Origin: a virus
Lineage: Duplodnaviria > Caudoviricetes
Virus record (IMG/VR): IMGVR_UViG_3300035703_004058
Coordinates: 1-26,725 of that record
Reading direction: 5' to 3' (one strand)
DNA: 26,725 nucleotides
Positions within the stretch are counted from its first letter, which is position 1. Each line of letters opens with the position of its first letter. The notes beneath the pieces were generated by a model that was not told the origin of the DNA, made no database searches, and was given only the letters and a program-made list of their open reading frames with translations. Position numbers and translations under genes: made by a program. Positions 1 to 7,780 of this stretch are shown here, piece by piece.

Positions 1-399
1 CTACTTTTGCTGCAAAAATATCTTCTCCTGCATAGACCAGTCCATGGGGAACGGCTCCATCAGATCCTTCATTGTTAGGTGCGCCGGGTACTTCCCGTCC
101 AGGATGGCTTCGACAATCGTGGGTGACAGGTAAGCCAGGCGCAGGATGCGGCTCACAAAAGATGGGCTGATGTTCTCGGACTTGGCCATGTCCTCAATTG
201 AGGCGTGGGTTCCGTCAAATAGTTTGCGATGCCAGCGGTGGCCGCGTGCCAACAGTTTGACCATGGCGTTGTCAATCAGTGCCTCACGCCGCTCAATGGC
301 CCGAGAACCGTCGGGCAGCACGATCACGGCCTTGCCCCCACGCCTGCGAAAAGTCATCGGAATCTCGGTGGTGAATCCCGCTTTGGTATCGGTGCTCAT
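1..399 (-). CDS. Recombinase-associated HTH-like protein (132 aa)
   Basis: ATGA overlap (396-399) with the recombinase stop. HTH-like segment SIEDMAKSENISPSFVSRILRLAYLSP. Confidence 0.8.
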   Translation of the reverse strand: MSTDTKAGFTTEIPMTFRRRGGKAVIVLPDGSRAIERREALIDNAMVKLLARGHRWHRKLFDGTHASIEDMAKSENISPSFVSRILRLAYLSPTIVEAILDGKYPAHLTMKDLMEPFPMDWSMQEKIFLQQK

Positions 400-1739
400 G
401 CAGCCTCCAATTCTTTTTGTGGTTCAAGCGTGTCGCGCAACAGCTTGTTCAAGCCCTTGTCGTGCCATTTGATTGCGATGCCGTCCTTGCGCACTGTGAT
501 TCGATCAACCAGGGTATGCAGAACCTTGGCCTGCTCCGCTGGGAAGAGTTCGTCCCAGACCGCGTCGATGGACTGCAATGCGCTTATGGCGTTTGTCTCT
601 TCAACTCTGGGCCGCTGAGTATTGACCTCACGCACCGCATGGGCCAGTACCTCTGGTGAGCGCAGGATGCCGCGCATCTTCTCAACCACCACCTGTTCGA
701 TCTCACCGGCGGGGATGCGGCAGATGTCGCAGCTTTCTTTGCCGATCTTGATTGAGTCGGTGTTGATGTAGTAGCGGTAGGTCTTGTGCTGCTTGCGCGT
801 CCAGCCAGGCGTGAAGGCCCGTCCTTGTTCAGAAAAAATAAGTCCGCGCAGTAGAGACGGCGCGCTGCCCCGACCTGCCAGCCTCGCCTTATTCATTGGG
901 GTGCCGTTTTTCAGGTGCGTCTGCACCGTATCCCACAGCTCTTGCGTGATGATGCCGTCATGCTCACCAGGGAAGTGCTGACCCTTGTAGGCCGCAATGC
1001 CTATGTAGACCGGGTTGCTGAAGATCTTGTAGACCGCTCCCTTGGTGATCAGCTTTCCTTGGCGTTCGACGCCCTTGGACGTTATCCAGGACTTGGAGGT
1101 GACGCCGCGTTTGCGCAAGTCTTTGACGATGGTGGACATCGATGGCGTCGCGGCAAAGCGGGAGAACATCTCTTGGATGATGGCCGACTCCTGCGGATTG
1201 GCCACCAACTTGCGCTCCACCACGTCGTAGCCCAGGGCAGGCATGCCGCCCATCCAGATGCCACGCTTACGTGAGGCAGCAATCTTGTCGCGCACCCGCT
1301 CACCGGACAACTCACGCTCAAACTGCGCAAAGGACAGCAGGATGTTGAGCGTCAACCGTCCCATAGAGGTGGTGGTGTTGAAGGACTGGGTGACCGAAAC
1401 AAAGGTCACCTTGTGCTGATCAAACAGCTCGACCAGCTTTGCAAAGTCGGCAAGAGACCGAGATAACCGATCAATCTTGTAAACCACGATGGTGTTCACC
1501 AGGCCCTTACGGACGTCTTCGAGCAGACGCTTGATGGCCGGGCGTTCAAGCGTGCCTCCTGAGAAGCCGCCGTCGTCATACCGGTCCTTGAGCGTTACCC
1601 AGCCCTCAGACTTTTGGCTGGCAATGTAATTTGCGCAGGCATCGTGTTGGGCGTCCAGTGAGTTGAAGTTTTGGTCCAAGCCTTCTTCGGTGGACTTGCG
1701 CGTGTAGATCGCGCACAGGACTTTAGGGGTGGTAGCCAT
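396..1739 (-). CDS. Large serine recombinase / integrase (447 aa)
   Basis: Resolvase catalytic motif AIYTRKST, plus YDDGGFSG..RP, KIDRLSR and FAQFERE, followed by a recombinase domain (ALGYD...NPVYIG) and coiled-coil region. Start ATG at 1739 overlaps the upstream stop (TGATG). Confidence 0.95.
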   Translation of the reverse strand: MATTPKVLCAIYTRKSTEEGLDQNFNSLDAQHDACANYIASQKSEGWVTLKDRYDDGGFSGGTLERPAIKRLLEDVRKGLVNTIVVYKIDRLSRSLADFAKLVELFDQHKVTFVSVTQSFNTTTSMGRLTLNILLSFAQFERELSGERVRDKIAASRKRGIWMGGMPALGYDVVERKLVANPQESAIIQEMFSRFAATPSMSTIVKDLRKRGVTSKSWITSKGVERQGKLITKGAVYKIFSNPVYIGIAAYKGQHFPGEHDGIITQELWDTVQTHLKNGTPMNKARLAGRGSAPSLLRGLIFSEQGRAFTPGWTRKQHKTYRYYINTDSIKIGKESCDICRIPAGEIEQVVVEKMRGILRSPEVLAHAVREVNTQRPRVEETNAISALQSIDAVWDELFPAEQAKVLHTLVDRITVRKDGIAIKWHDKGLNKLLRDTLEPQKELEAA

Positions 1740-2182
1740 CAGACGCTCCTTCCAGAAGACAAGCCAAAAAAGGTCCAACCGTTTCGGTTGGTGCCTGTAA
1801 TCACCATGGCTATGCGTGAAATGGACTTGTAGCGTTGACCCGCGTATTCGAAATCGTCAACGTGCACCACCACCTCGTGGCGCTCACCACCCCATTCCCG
1901 AATCAGGCGCGTTCCGCAGATGGGCCTGCCATCAACCCTGCGGCGGCGGACATCGGCCTTGCCGCCATCGAGTTGTTCCCCAAGCTTCTCCAGGCGCTTG
2001 ACGGTCTCGCGGCGTAGGCCCCCAAGGGCCAGCTCCTGAATCCGGTATGCCAGACGCGTTTCCAGGAAGCGCCGGTTAAACGGCGGTGGTTCGGTCTGAA
2101 ACATTTCTCGCCACATTTGCTTGAGGTCAGGTGTGGGCGAGGTTTTAAGGGCTGCAACGCGTGCAACAAGTGAGTCATTCAT
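1739..2182 (-). CDS. DUF2924-like protein
   Basis: LAYRIQELALGGL, GTRLIREWGGERHEV and SISRIAMVITGTNRNGWTFFGL are typical of the DUF2924 family found upstream of large serine recombinases. RBS AAGGA. Confidence 0.85.
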   Translation of the reverse strand: MNDSLVARVAALKTSPTPDLKQMWREMFQTEPPPFNRRFLETRLAYRIQELALGGLRRETVKRLEKLGEQLDGGKADVRRRRVDGRPICGTRLIREWGGERHEVVVHVDDFEYAGQRYKSISRIAMVITGTNRNGWTFFGLSSGRSV

Positions 2183-2369
2183 GGGTGTTGTCCTTGGTAG
2201 TCAAAACAACTGTATGAACGCTCTCTTCGGTACGGTTAGCAAGTTGAGCTTCGCGTTTTTGGCGGTCCAGCAGGCGAATTGCGCCTTGGGCCAGGATTGC
2301 ACCGACGACTGCCATTGGGCTTGGCTCGGCGGGTATGTTTTGTTGTGGGGTGTGTTTTGGGGCGGTCAT
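2175..2369 (-). CDS. Small hypothetical protein (64 aa), possibly leaderless
   Basis: 8-nt overlap with the DUF2924 start. No SD, but the ATG lies about 10 nt downstream of a candidate -10 element. Confidence 0.5.
   Translation of the reverse strand: MTAPKHTPQQNIPAEPSPMAVVGAILAQGAIRLLDRQKREAQLANRTEESVHTVVLTTKDNTHE
2213..2243 (-). promoter_or_regulatory. Motif CTTG-N15-AGAGCGTTCATA, copy 1 (upstream of DUF2924)
   Basis: Same 12-mer and same spacing as the copy at 17762-17792. Lies 30 nt before the start codon. Confidence 0.6.
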
Positions 2370-2372
2370 GCA

Positions 2373-2406
2373 GGTTCATACCGCCGTAGGGGGGTGTTTT
2401 TCTCAG
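2373..2406 (-). promoter_or_regulatory. Candidate phage-sigma promoter CTGAGAAAAAC-N12-CGGTA (integration operon)
   Basis: 25/34 ungapped identity with 4973-5006, including an exact 11-mer. Confidence 0.6.
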
Positions 2407-2491
2407 ATAGGGCAGTGCTTTGAAGCCCAAAACTGCGCCCACGTGCAATGTCAGAGGGGGGTTGAAGGGGGTATTTGGGCAATTTGGCTGC

Positions 2492-2522
2492 ATCCTGTGC
2501 CCGCCCGTGGCGGGCACAGGAT
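2492..2522. repeat. Perfect inverted repeat, 14-bp arms, 3-nt loop
   Basis: ATCCTGTGCCCGCC-CGT-GGCGGGCACAGGAT. Confidence 0.9.
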
Positions 2523-2580
2523 AACTAAGGAGCACAGAATCACAAGATCACTGAGTACGCTGAGCACAGCAAAAATTTTA

Positions 2581-2593
2581 TAAGCTATTGATT
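2581..2593 (-). promoter_or_regulatory. Putative IHF binding site
   Basis: Reverse complement AATCAATAGCTTA matches the consensus WATCAANNNNTTR exactly, within an AT-rich tract. Confidence 0.55.
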
Positions 2594-2793
2594 TAAATAG
2601 GAAAAGTGATTTTTTGATGCAATATTTTGCGCATCTGAATTACTTTGAAAGCGATGAAAATAATTAACTCAACATCTGAGTTACCTATATTAGACGAGCA
2701 CTGGGTGTCAAAAGCACTGCTTTAATCATGGCGAGTTTGAGTATTTGGCCCTAGAATTTGGGCACTGAAATCGAAAACCCAAAGGAAAACCAA

Positions 2794-3333
2794 ATGTCCG
2801 CTGCATCAAACGCCAAAAAGATCTCCAAGGGCCAAGAAAAGGCCAAAGCGCTGCGTGACAGCTGCTGGCCAGACCTGGACGATGAAAAGCTCTGGAACCG
2901 AAAGCTGGTGAAGGGCTTCACCACCATCCCCCGCACGATGCCCTTGATCATGAACATCATCGATTCGCTGACCAAGAACAAACCGGCAGGCATGGTCTAT
3001 TTCGTTTTGTGGTGCCGCACTTTTGACGAGTCACTGTTAGCAATCGACAACCCGATGACCTTGGCGTTTGAGTCCGGATTTACCGGCGAGAGGGCATTGA
3101 GCACCTGGAAAGACCGGATGCGCTCCTTGGTTGAGCTGGGCTTTATCGATGCCAAGGAAGGCCCCACTGGCGCGCACCACTATGTGTTGCTCTTCAACCC
3201 ACACAAGGTGGTGTGGGACCTGAAGGATCGCATTCAGGAGGGCATGTTTAGGGAGCTGCAGACACGTGCCATAGCTATTGGCGCAAGCGACATGGAACCC
3301 GCAAAGCCTGCAGAAGACAGCAACCCAACATAA
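2794..3333 (+). CDS. Hypothetical protein, probable winged-helix DNA-binding fold (179 aa)
   Basis: AAGGA RBS before ATG 2794. LAFESGFTGERALSTWKDRMRSLVELGFIDAK resembles an HTH plus wing. Confidence 0.75.
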   Translation: MSAASNAKKISKGQEKAKALRDSCWPDLDDEKLWNRKLVKGFTTIPRTMPLIMNIIDSLTKNKPAGMVYFVLWCRTFDESLLAIDNPMTLAFESGFTGERALSTWKDRMRSLVELGFIDAKEGPTGAHHYVLLFNPHKVVWDLKDRIQEGMFRELQTRAIAIGASDMEPAKPAEDSNPT

Positions 3334-3374
3334 CCGTAGCGCCACCACAGGCACATAAATGAAAAGAGACAAAT

Positions 3375-4142
3375 ATGAAAAAAACATGGGAAAACGACAG
3401 TTGTGAAGCAGTCCAGTCTTACTTCACGGTGTATCGCGTGCCGGTTGCTGCAGCGTTGTGGTGTGGCATCGAGCCAGGTGAAGTGGAAGAACATCTGGCA
3501 CTGTCCACGGAAGTCGCAAGGGGCGTTTTGAAGCACCCATACATCAACTGCCTCGAACCGAGGTGCCGGGCGATCCACGACGCAATCGTGACTGGACTTC
3601 TTCCTTACAGCAGGGAGAACGGAAAAGTCGTGCCCAAAGAAGAACACGTTGCCCCAGAGCGACGTCACATTTCTCGGCAACACCTCAAGGACTGGATTGC
3701 GGCGCAGTTCCCGTCTGACAAGCCTAAGTTCCTGTTTGACGAAATCGAGCGCAACACCCATACAGCCATCAATAAAGATGCCTACCAGGCATTGCAAGCC
3801 GAACGCGAGGGATTACGGGCACGACTTGAAAAAGCTGCCGATGAGTACCGTAAGTTGAGGAGCGAGCGTGACGAGTTGGTTGTCGAAAAAGCAAAACTCA
3901 CTGAACAGATTAAGCCCGCCAAAGAACTTGGGCTCAGAGCTGAGACCACTTACCTGAACATCATCGGTGGAATGCTGAACTTGTTCCTGATGAAAAGCCC
4001 TGCAGGTAAAGCACATTCGGTGTTCTCAAACCAAGCATCTGTGATTGAAGCACTAGTTATTAACTTTGGGAACCAGCCTGGAATCTCAAAACGAGGGCTT
4101 GAAACCAAGTTCGCAGATGCCAAGAAGAGCCTGGACCCGTAA
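3375..4142 (+). CDS. Hypothetical protein with central coiled coil and C-terminal HTH-like region (255 aa)
   Basis: Long ORF. Heptad-rich EREGLRARLEKAADEYRKLRSERDELVVEKAKLTEQIK; C-terminus ETTYLNIIGG...GISKRGLETKFADAK. Confidence 0.8.
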   Translation: MKKTWENDSCEAVQSYFTVYRVPVAAALWCGIEPGEVEEHLALSTEVARGVLKHPYINCLEPRCRAIHDAIVTGLLPYSRENGKVVPKEEHVAPERRHISRQHLKDWIAAQFPSDKPKFLFDEIERNTHTAINKDAYQALQAEREGLRARLEKAADEYRKLRSERDELVVEKAKLTEQIKPAKELGLRAETTYLNIIGGMLNLFLMKSPAGKAHSVFSNQASVIEALVINFGNQPGISKRGLETKFADAKKSLDP

Positions 4143-4159
4143 CCCAAATACATACCCTG

Positions 4160-4195
4160 CTACCGCAGTTGCGGTAGTGCTTGCCGCATTTGCGG
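4160..4195. promoter_or_regulatory. Tandem palindromic operator-like sites CCGCA-N2-TGCGG (x2)
   Basis: CTACCGCAGTTGCGGTAG (4160-4177) and CCGCATTTGCGG (4184-4195). Cores are 21 bp apart, upstream of the sigma gene. Confidence 0.65.
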
Positions 4196-4258
4196 TGATT
4201 TCATGAAGTAACCCCGGTCCAATGGCTTCATGTAAACGAAAACGAAAAAGGTGATGAC

Positions 4259-4957
4259 ATGTTGCAACTCGAAGACGGACAGGAAAATACTTCATACACG
4301 ACTGCCATGCGCAGTCCCCGCATCATCCGCGATGCGGCCAACGACCCTTACTTCCGGGCTGCAATCAATGCAGCCAAGACCCGCACATACAGAGCAGCGG
4401 TTTCTGCCCGGCTGAGCACCTCGGAGCGGGAAGACCTGTATCAGGAAATCTTGCTTGACCTTCTCGAACGTGAGGCTCAATTTAATCCCGAGAAGGGCAG
4501 CCCCGGAACATTTACCGGTTTTGTGTCCGAGCACCGAACCGCCGAATTTCTCAAGGCCCGCAAGACAGACAGAGAGCGCTTGACCTTTGCCTCGGGTGAA
4601 GACGTTGACACGCTGGAGATTGTCAACATCAGCCAAGTACGACAAGGAATGGACCAGACGCAGGATGCGGCCAATGACGACGATGCTGCGCCGATCGGTT
4701 CAAGTGGATCAAATCACCGATCTCAATGGTTTGATGGGGACGACGATCTCTTTTCAAACTCCAACACTCTCCACGACCTGGAGACAGCACTGGCGCACAT
4801 GAGCGAAGAACAAGCCGAACTCTTGGACTTGCTTGCTTCGCACCAGGACCTACCCACGGCATCCAAAGCCTGCGGTATGTCTACCGCCACCTTCTACCGC
4901 CGCGTCGCCGAACTGCAAATGCACCTTCGCATGTTCGGTATCAGGACTGCCGCCTGA
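4259..4957 (+). CDS. Phage-encoded sigma70/ECF-like sigma factor
   Basis: Region 2-like EREDLYQEILLDLL..FNPEKGSPGTF and region 4-like HTH DLETALAHMSEEQ...PTASKACGMSTATFYRRVAEL. SD AAGGTGA. Confidence 0.75.
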   Translation: MLQLEDGQENTSYTTAMRSPRIIRDAANDPYFRAAINAAKTRTYRAAVSARLSTSEREDLYQEILLDLLEREAQFNPEKGSPGTFTGFVSEHRTAEFLKARKTDRERLTFASGEDVDTLEIVNISQVRQGMDQTQDAANDDDAAPIGSSGSNHRSQWFDGDDDLFSNSNTLHDLETALAHMSEEQAELLDLLASHQDLPTASKACGMSTATFYRRVAELQMHLRMFGIRTAA

Positions 4958-4972
4958 CCGATCGCGGGGTGG

Positions 4973-5006
4973 CTGAGAAAAACGCCCACCTCGTTCAGTA
5001 AAAACC
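4973..5006 (+). promoter_or_regulatory. Candidate phage-sigma promoter CTGAGAAAAAC-N12-CAGTA (replication operon)
   Basis: Matches the minus-strand copy at 2373-2406. Lies between the sigma gene and the first replication-module gene. Confidence 0.6.
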
Positions 5007-5073
5007 TTTAACACCTGCAAACTCCGCGCCCCCTTGGGCAGCGGTGGTAGGCCAACTCACGCCCGGAGATTTG

Positions 5074-5499
5074 ATGAATTACAAAAACGACCTGATTGAA
5101 ACCTCACGCAGCCACTTGGGTCTGGGTGTTGATATTGGCCGCGCAGCGCTGCAGCCGGTTTACATCCCCATTGAAAAACTGTCCGAGACCAACCTGTGTG
5201 ACTGGGTCGCCAGCGCACTGGTTGGTCATTGCATTCAGTACCACGAGGGCCTGCTGCTGCGGGACCGCTCAGAGACCAACAGCGACCTGACCACCAAAGA
5301 CCGCGCCCGTATCCACTCTGTCGCCCGCCGCGCCTGGATCGCCTGTGAGCTTGGCCTTGTGCACCTCTTTAGCCAAAAGGTGGGCGAGGACCACTACCGC
5401 TACCTGGCGATGCGCTCCAGTTCCCCACTCAAGCCCCCCGAAATCCGTACCCACCTGCGCATTGCGCAGATGGCCACCAGTAACCGCAAGCCCCACTGA
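5074..5499 (+). CDS. Hypothetical phage protein
   Basis: GGAGA RBS before ATG 5074; first gene of the rightward operon. Confidence 0.75.
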   Translation: MNYKNDLIETSRSHLGLGVDIGRAALQPVYIPIEKLSETNLCDWVASALVGHCIQYHEGLLLRDRSETNSDLTTKDRARIHSVARRAWIACELGLVHLFSQKVGEDHYRYLAMRSSSPLKPPEIRTHLRIAQMATSNRKPH

Positions 5500-5513
5500 A
5501 AGAAAGAGAACCC

Positions 5514-6038
5514 ATGACTGCCGAACCCGACGTGCTGGATGAAATAGGCCAGCTTTACATGAATGAGCTCGAAAAGCTCCCGTTGCCAGACCTTGACCGG
5601 ATGATCAAGCAGGTCACCGCTGCCAAAGACACTGCTGCGTTGTACCTCAACGCATTGCAGTCCACCTTGCACAACCGATTGGGCGGGCATGCCCAGCAGC
5701 TTCGCCAAGAGGCTGGCAAGTCCACCGGCACGGTGCGCTTTGAGGTCGACGGCTACTTGGTCGTCGCCGATTTGCCCAAACGCCCTGAATACAACCAGGT
5801 CAAGCTCAAAGAAGCCGTGGAAGCCCTGCGCAAGTGGGGCGAGGACCCAGAGAACTACGTCGGCATCGAGATCAAAGTTGCCGAGTCCAAGTACACCGCC
5901 TGGCCTCCTGGTATCCGAGATTTATTCGAGCCTGCACGCACGCTCAAAACCGGCAAACCCAGCTACAAGCTCGAGCAGATCAAGTCTGGCGTCATTCCCG
6001 ACGCTGCCAACGACAGTCACTTTGGTGGGGGTGTTTGA
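5514..6038 (+). CDS. Hypothetical phage protein (174 aa)
   Basis: Operon position; TGATG overlap with the ATPase gene. Confidence 0.8.
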   Translation: MTAEPDVLDEIGQLYMNELEKLPLPDLDRMIKQVTAAKDTAALYLNALQSTLHNRLGGHAQQLRQEAGKSTGTVRFEVDGYLVVADLPKRPEYNQVKLKEAVEALRKWGEDPENYVGIEIKVAESKYTAWPPGIRDLFEPARTLKTGKPSYKLEQIKSGVIPDAANDSHFGGGV

Positions 6039-6832
6039 TGGCCATCTCACTTGCACAACTCACCCGCGCCAATGCGCCCAAGCCACCCCGCATCCTGATT
6101 CACGGTGTTGCTGGGGTTGGTAAAACCACCTTCGCCGCAGAAGCCAACAACCCTGTGTTCGTCCAAACGGAAGACGGTCTGGGAACAATTCCGGCAGCCA
6201 ACTTCCCACTGGCCCGCACTTTTGAGGAAGTGCTGGAGTCACTGGCCTCGCTCTATACCGAGGACCATGACTTCAAAACCGTGGTCATTGACAGCGTTGA
6301 CTGGCTCGAGCCCTTGGTCTGGGGCAAGGCCTGCCGCGATAACGGATGGGGATCCATCGAAGACGCCGGTTATGGCAAAGGGTACGTCGCCGCATTGACT
6401 CTGTGGCGTCAGTACATCGATGGGCTGAATGCGCTGCGTGACGACCGTGGCATGACGGTGGTGCAAATCGCGCATACCGACATCAAGCGTTTTGACTCGC
6501 CCGAGCACGACCCCTATGACCGGTACGTCATCAAGTTGCACACCCGTGCAGCGGCGCTGATGCAGGAGCACTCCGACATCGTGCTCTTTGCCAACTACCG
6601 CATCTCAACCGTGAAGGCCGATGTCGGCTTCAACAAAAAAGTAAACCGCGCCATGGGCTCGGGCGAGCGGGTGATTCACACCGCCGAGCGCCCAGCCTTT
6701 TTGGCCAAGAACCGCTATGGCCTGCCCGCGACCCTGCCACTGGACTGGCAGTCCTTTGCCCAGGCCATGCCCGATGTGATCAAGCCCATGCTTATCGCCA
6801 ACCCAGTCACCCCCACCAACCTCACCACCTGA
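6038..6832 (+). CDS. AAA_24 / Sak4-like ATPase (single-strand annealing recombinase)
   Basis: Walker A GVAGVGKT, Walker B VVIDS and AKNRY motif; adjacent to the SSB-like gene. Start at ATG 6038. Confidence 0.88.
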   Translation: MAISLAQLTRANAPKPPRILIHGVAGVGKTTFAAEANNPVFVQTEDGLGTIPAANFPLARTFEEVLESLASLYTEDHDFKTVVIDSVDWLEPLVWGKACRDNGWGSIEDAGYGKGYVAALTLWRQYIDGLNALRDDRGMTVVQIAHTDIKRFDSPEHDPYDRYVIKLHTRAAALMQEHSDIVLFANYRISTVKADVGFNKKVNRAMGSGERVIHTAERPAFLAKNRYGLPATLPLDWQSFAQAMPDVIKPMLIANPVTPTNLTT

Positions 6833-6854
6833 AATTGAAATAGGAGAAATCACC

Positions 6855-7367
6855 ATGGCTTCATTCGGACAAACTTTCGACGCATCCTCCATCGAGCCCA
6901 GCAGCGGCTACGACGTTCTGCCACCCGGCAAATACCTGGCCCAAATCGTTGCGAGCGAAATGCGCGCAACCAAGGACGGCCTGGGTCAGTACCTCTACCT
7001 TGAGGTTGACGTCATAGAGGGGCAGTACGCAGGGCGCAAGCTCTTTGACCGCCTGAACCTCATCAACGCAAATGCGGATGCCGTGCAAATCGCACAGCGC
7101 ACGCTTTCCTCCATCTGCCGTGCCGTGGGCAAGTTGCAGGTCGGTAATTCCGAGCAATTGCACCTCATCCCCTTGATCGCGGATGTGCGTGTGAGACCTC
7201 CGAAAGGTATGTACGGCGAGAGCAACTCAGTCCGCTACCTGCCTCGCGGCGGTCAGGCTGCAAACGCGCCGACATTCAGCACCGGGCCTGCCAACCCCTC
7301 AGCGCGTCCGCCCGTGGCTACGGCAACGCCCGCTGCCAACGGACTGCCCTGGAAGCGTCAGGCCTGA
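6855..7367 (+). CDS. DUF669-like single-stranded DNA-binding protein
   Basis: LPPGKY..I..SE, GQYAGRKLFDRLNL, and a flexible Pro/Ala tail ending LPWKRQA. Strong SD AGGAG. Confidence 0.85.
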   Translation: MASFGQTFDASSIEPSSGYDVLPPGKYLAQIVASEMRATKDGLGQYLYLEVDVIEGQYAGRKLFDRLNLINANADAVQIAQRTLSSICRAVGKLQVGNSEQLHLIPLIADVRVRPPKGMYGESNSVRYLPRGGQAANAPTFSTGPANPSARPPVATATPAANGLPWKRQA

Positions 7368-7378
7368 GGTCCAACTGC

Positions 7379-7780
7379 ATGCACGAACACTTCGCATTGC
7401 ATCAAAACGTGCTTGAGCCGGTTCAACTGCCGGACTCGGCGCAGGGCTGTCGAGAACGGATGGCAGCGCTTCAAGGCGAGATCGCTTCTATCCGCATTCA
7501 GATTGCCACAACCGATATTCGGCGACAGACCGAAAAGAAAACGCTGGATGCTGCCTGGTTTCACCGCGCCAAAACGGCAATGCGCTTAAAGCAGCAGGAG
7601 CTGGCGCAGGTGACTGCACATCTTGCGACCTTTGATAAACGCGCTGCGCCCAAGCACCGTGATGCCTTCAAAGACACCTTGATTGAAGTGGTGCGTGAAA
7701 ACTGCAACGACCAGGAGTGGGCGGGCCTGGTGCAACGTGCACGCGACCTGCACGCCAGCCAAGGAGGAAGCCATGGCTGA
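7379..7780 (+). CDS. Hypothetical coiled-coil phage protein
   Basis: Fills the operon gap; overlaps the next start by 8 nt. Confidence 0.7.
   Translation: MHEHFALHQNVLEPVQLPDSAQGCRERMAALQGEIASIRIQIATTDIRRQTEKKTLDAAWFHRAKTAMRLKQQELAQVTAHLATFDKRAAPKHRDAFKDTLIEVVRENCNDQEWAGLVQRARDLHASQGGSHG

Noticed and set aside
1-2800. attL/attP site of the integrase
   Set aside because: No paired att or host junction is visible. The 2492-2522 palindrome is internal and cannot be assigned as att without the other prophage end.
5834-6037. Long N-terminal extensions in the ORF track (also 1740-1778, 7683-7772, 13945-14013, 14447-14599, 21952-22026, 23074-23124, 25845-25898)
   Set aside because: They overlap upstream genes or regulatory DNA. 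Internal ATGs with an SD or stop/start coupling are better starts.
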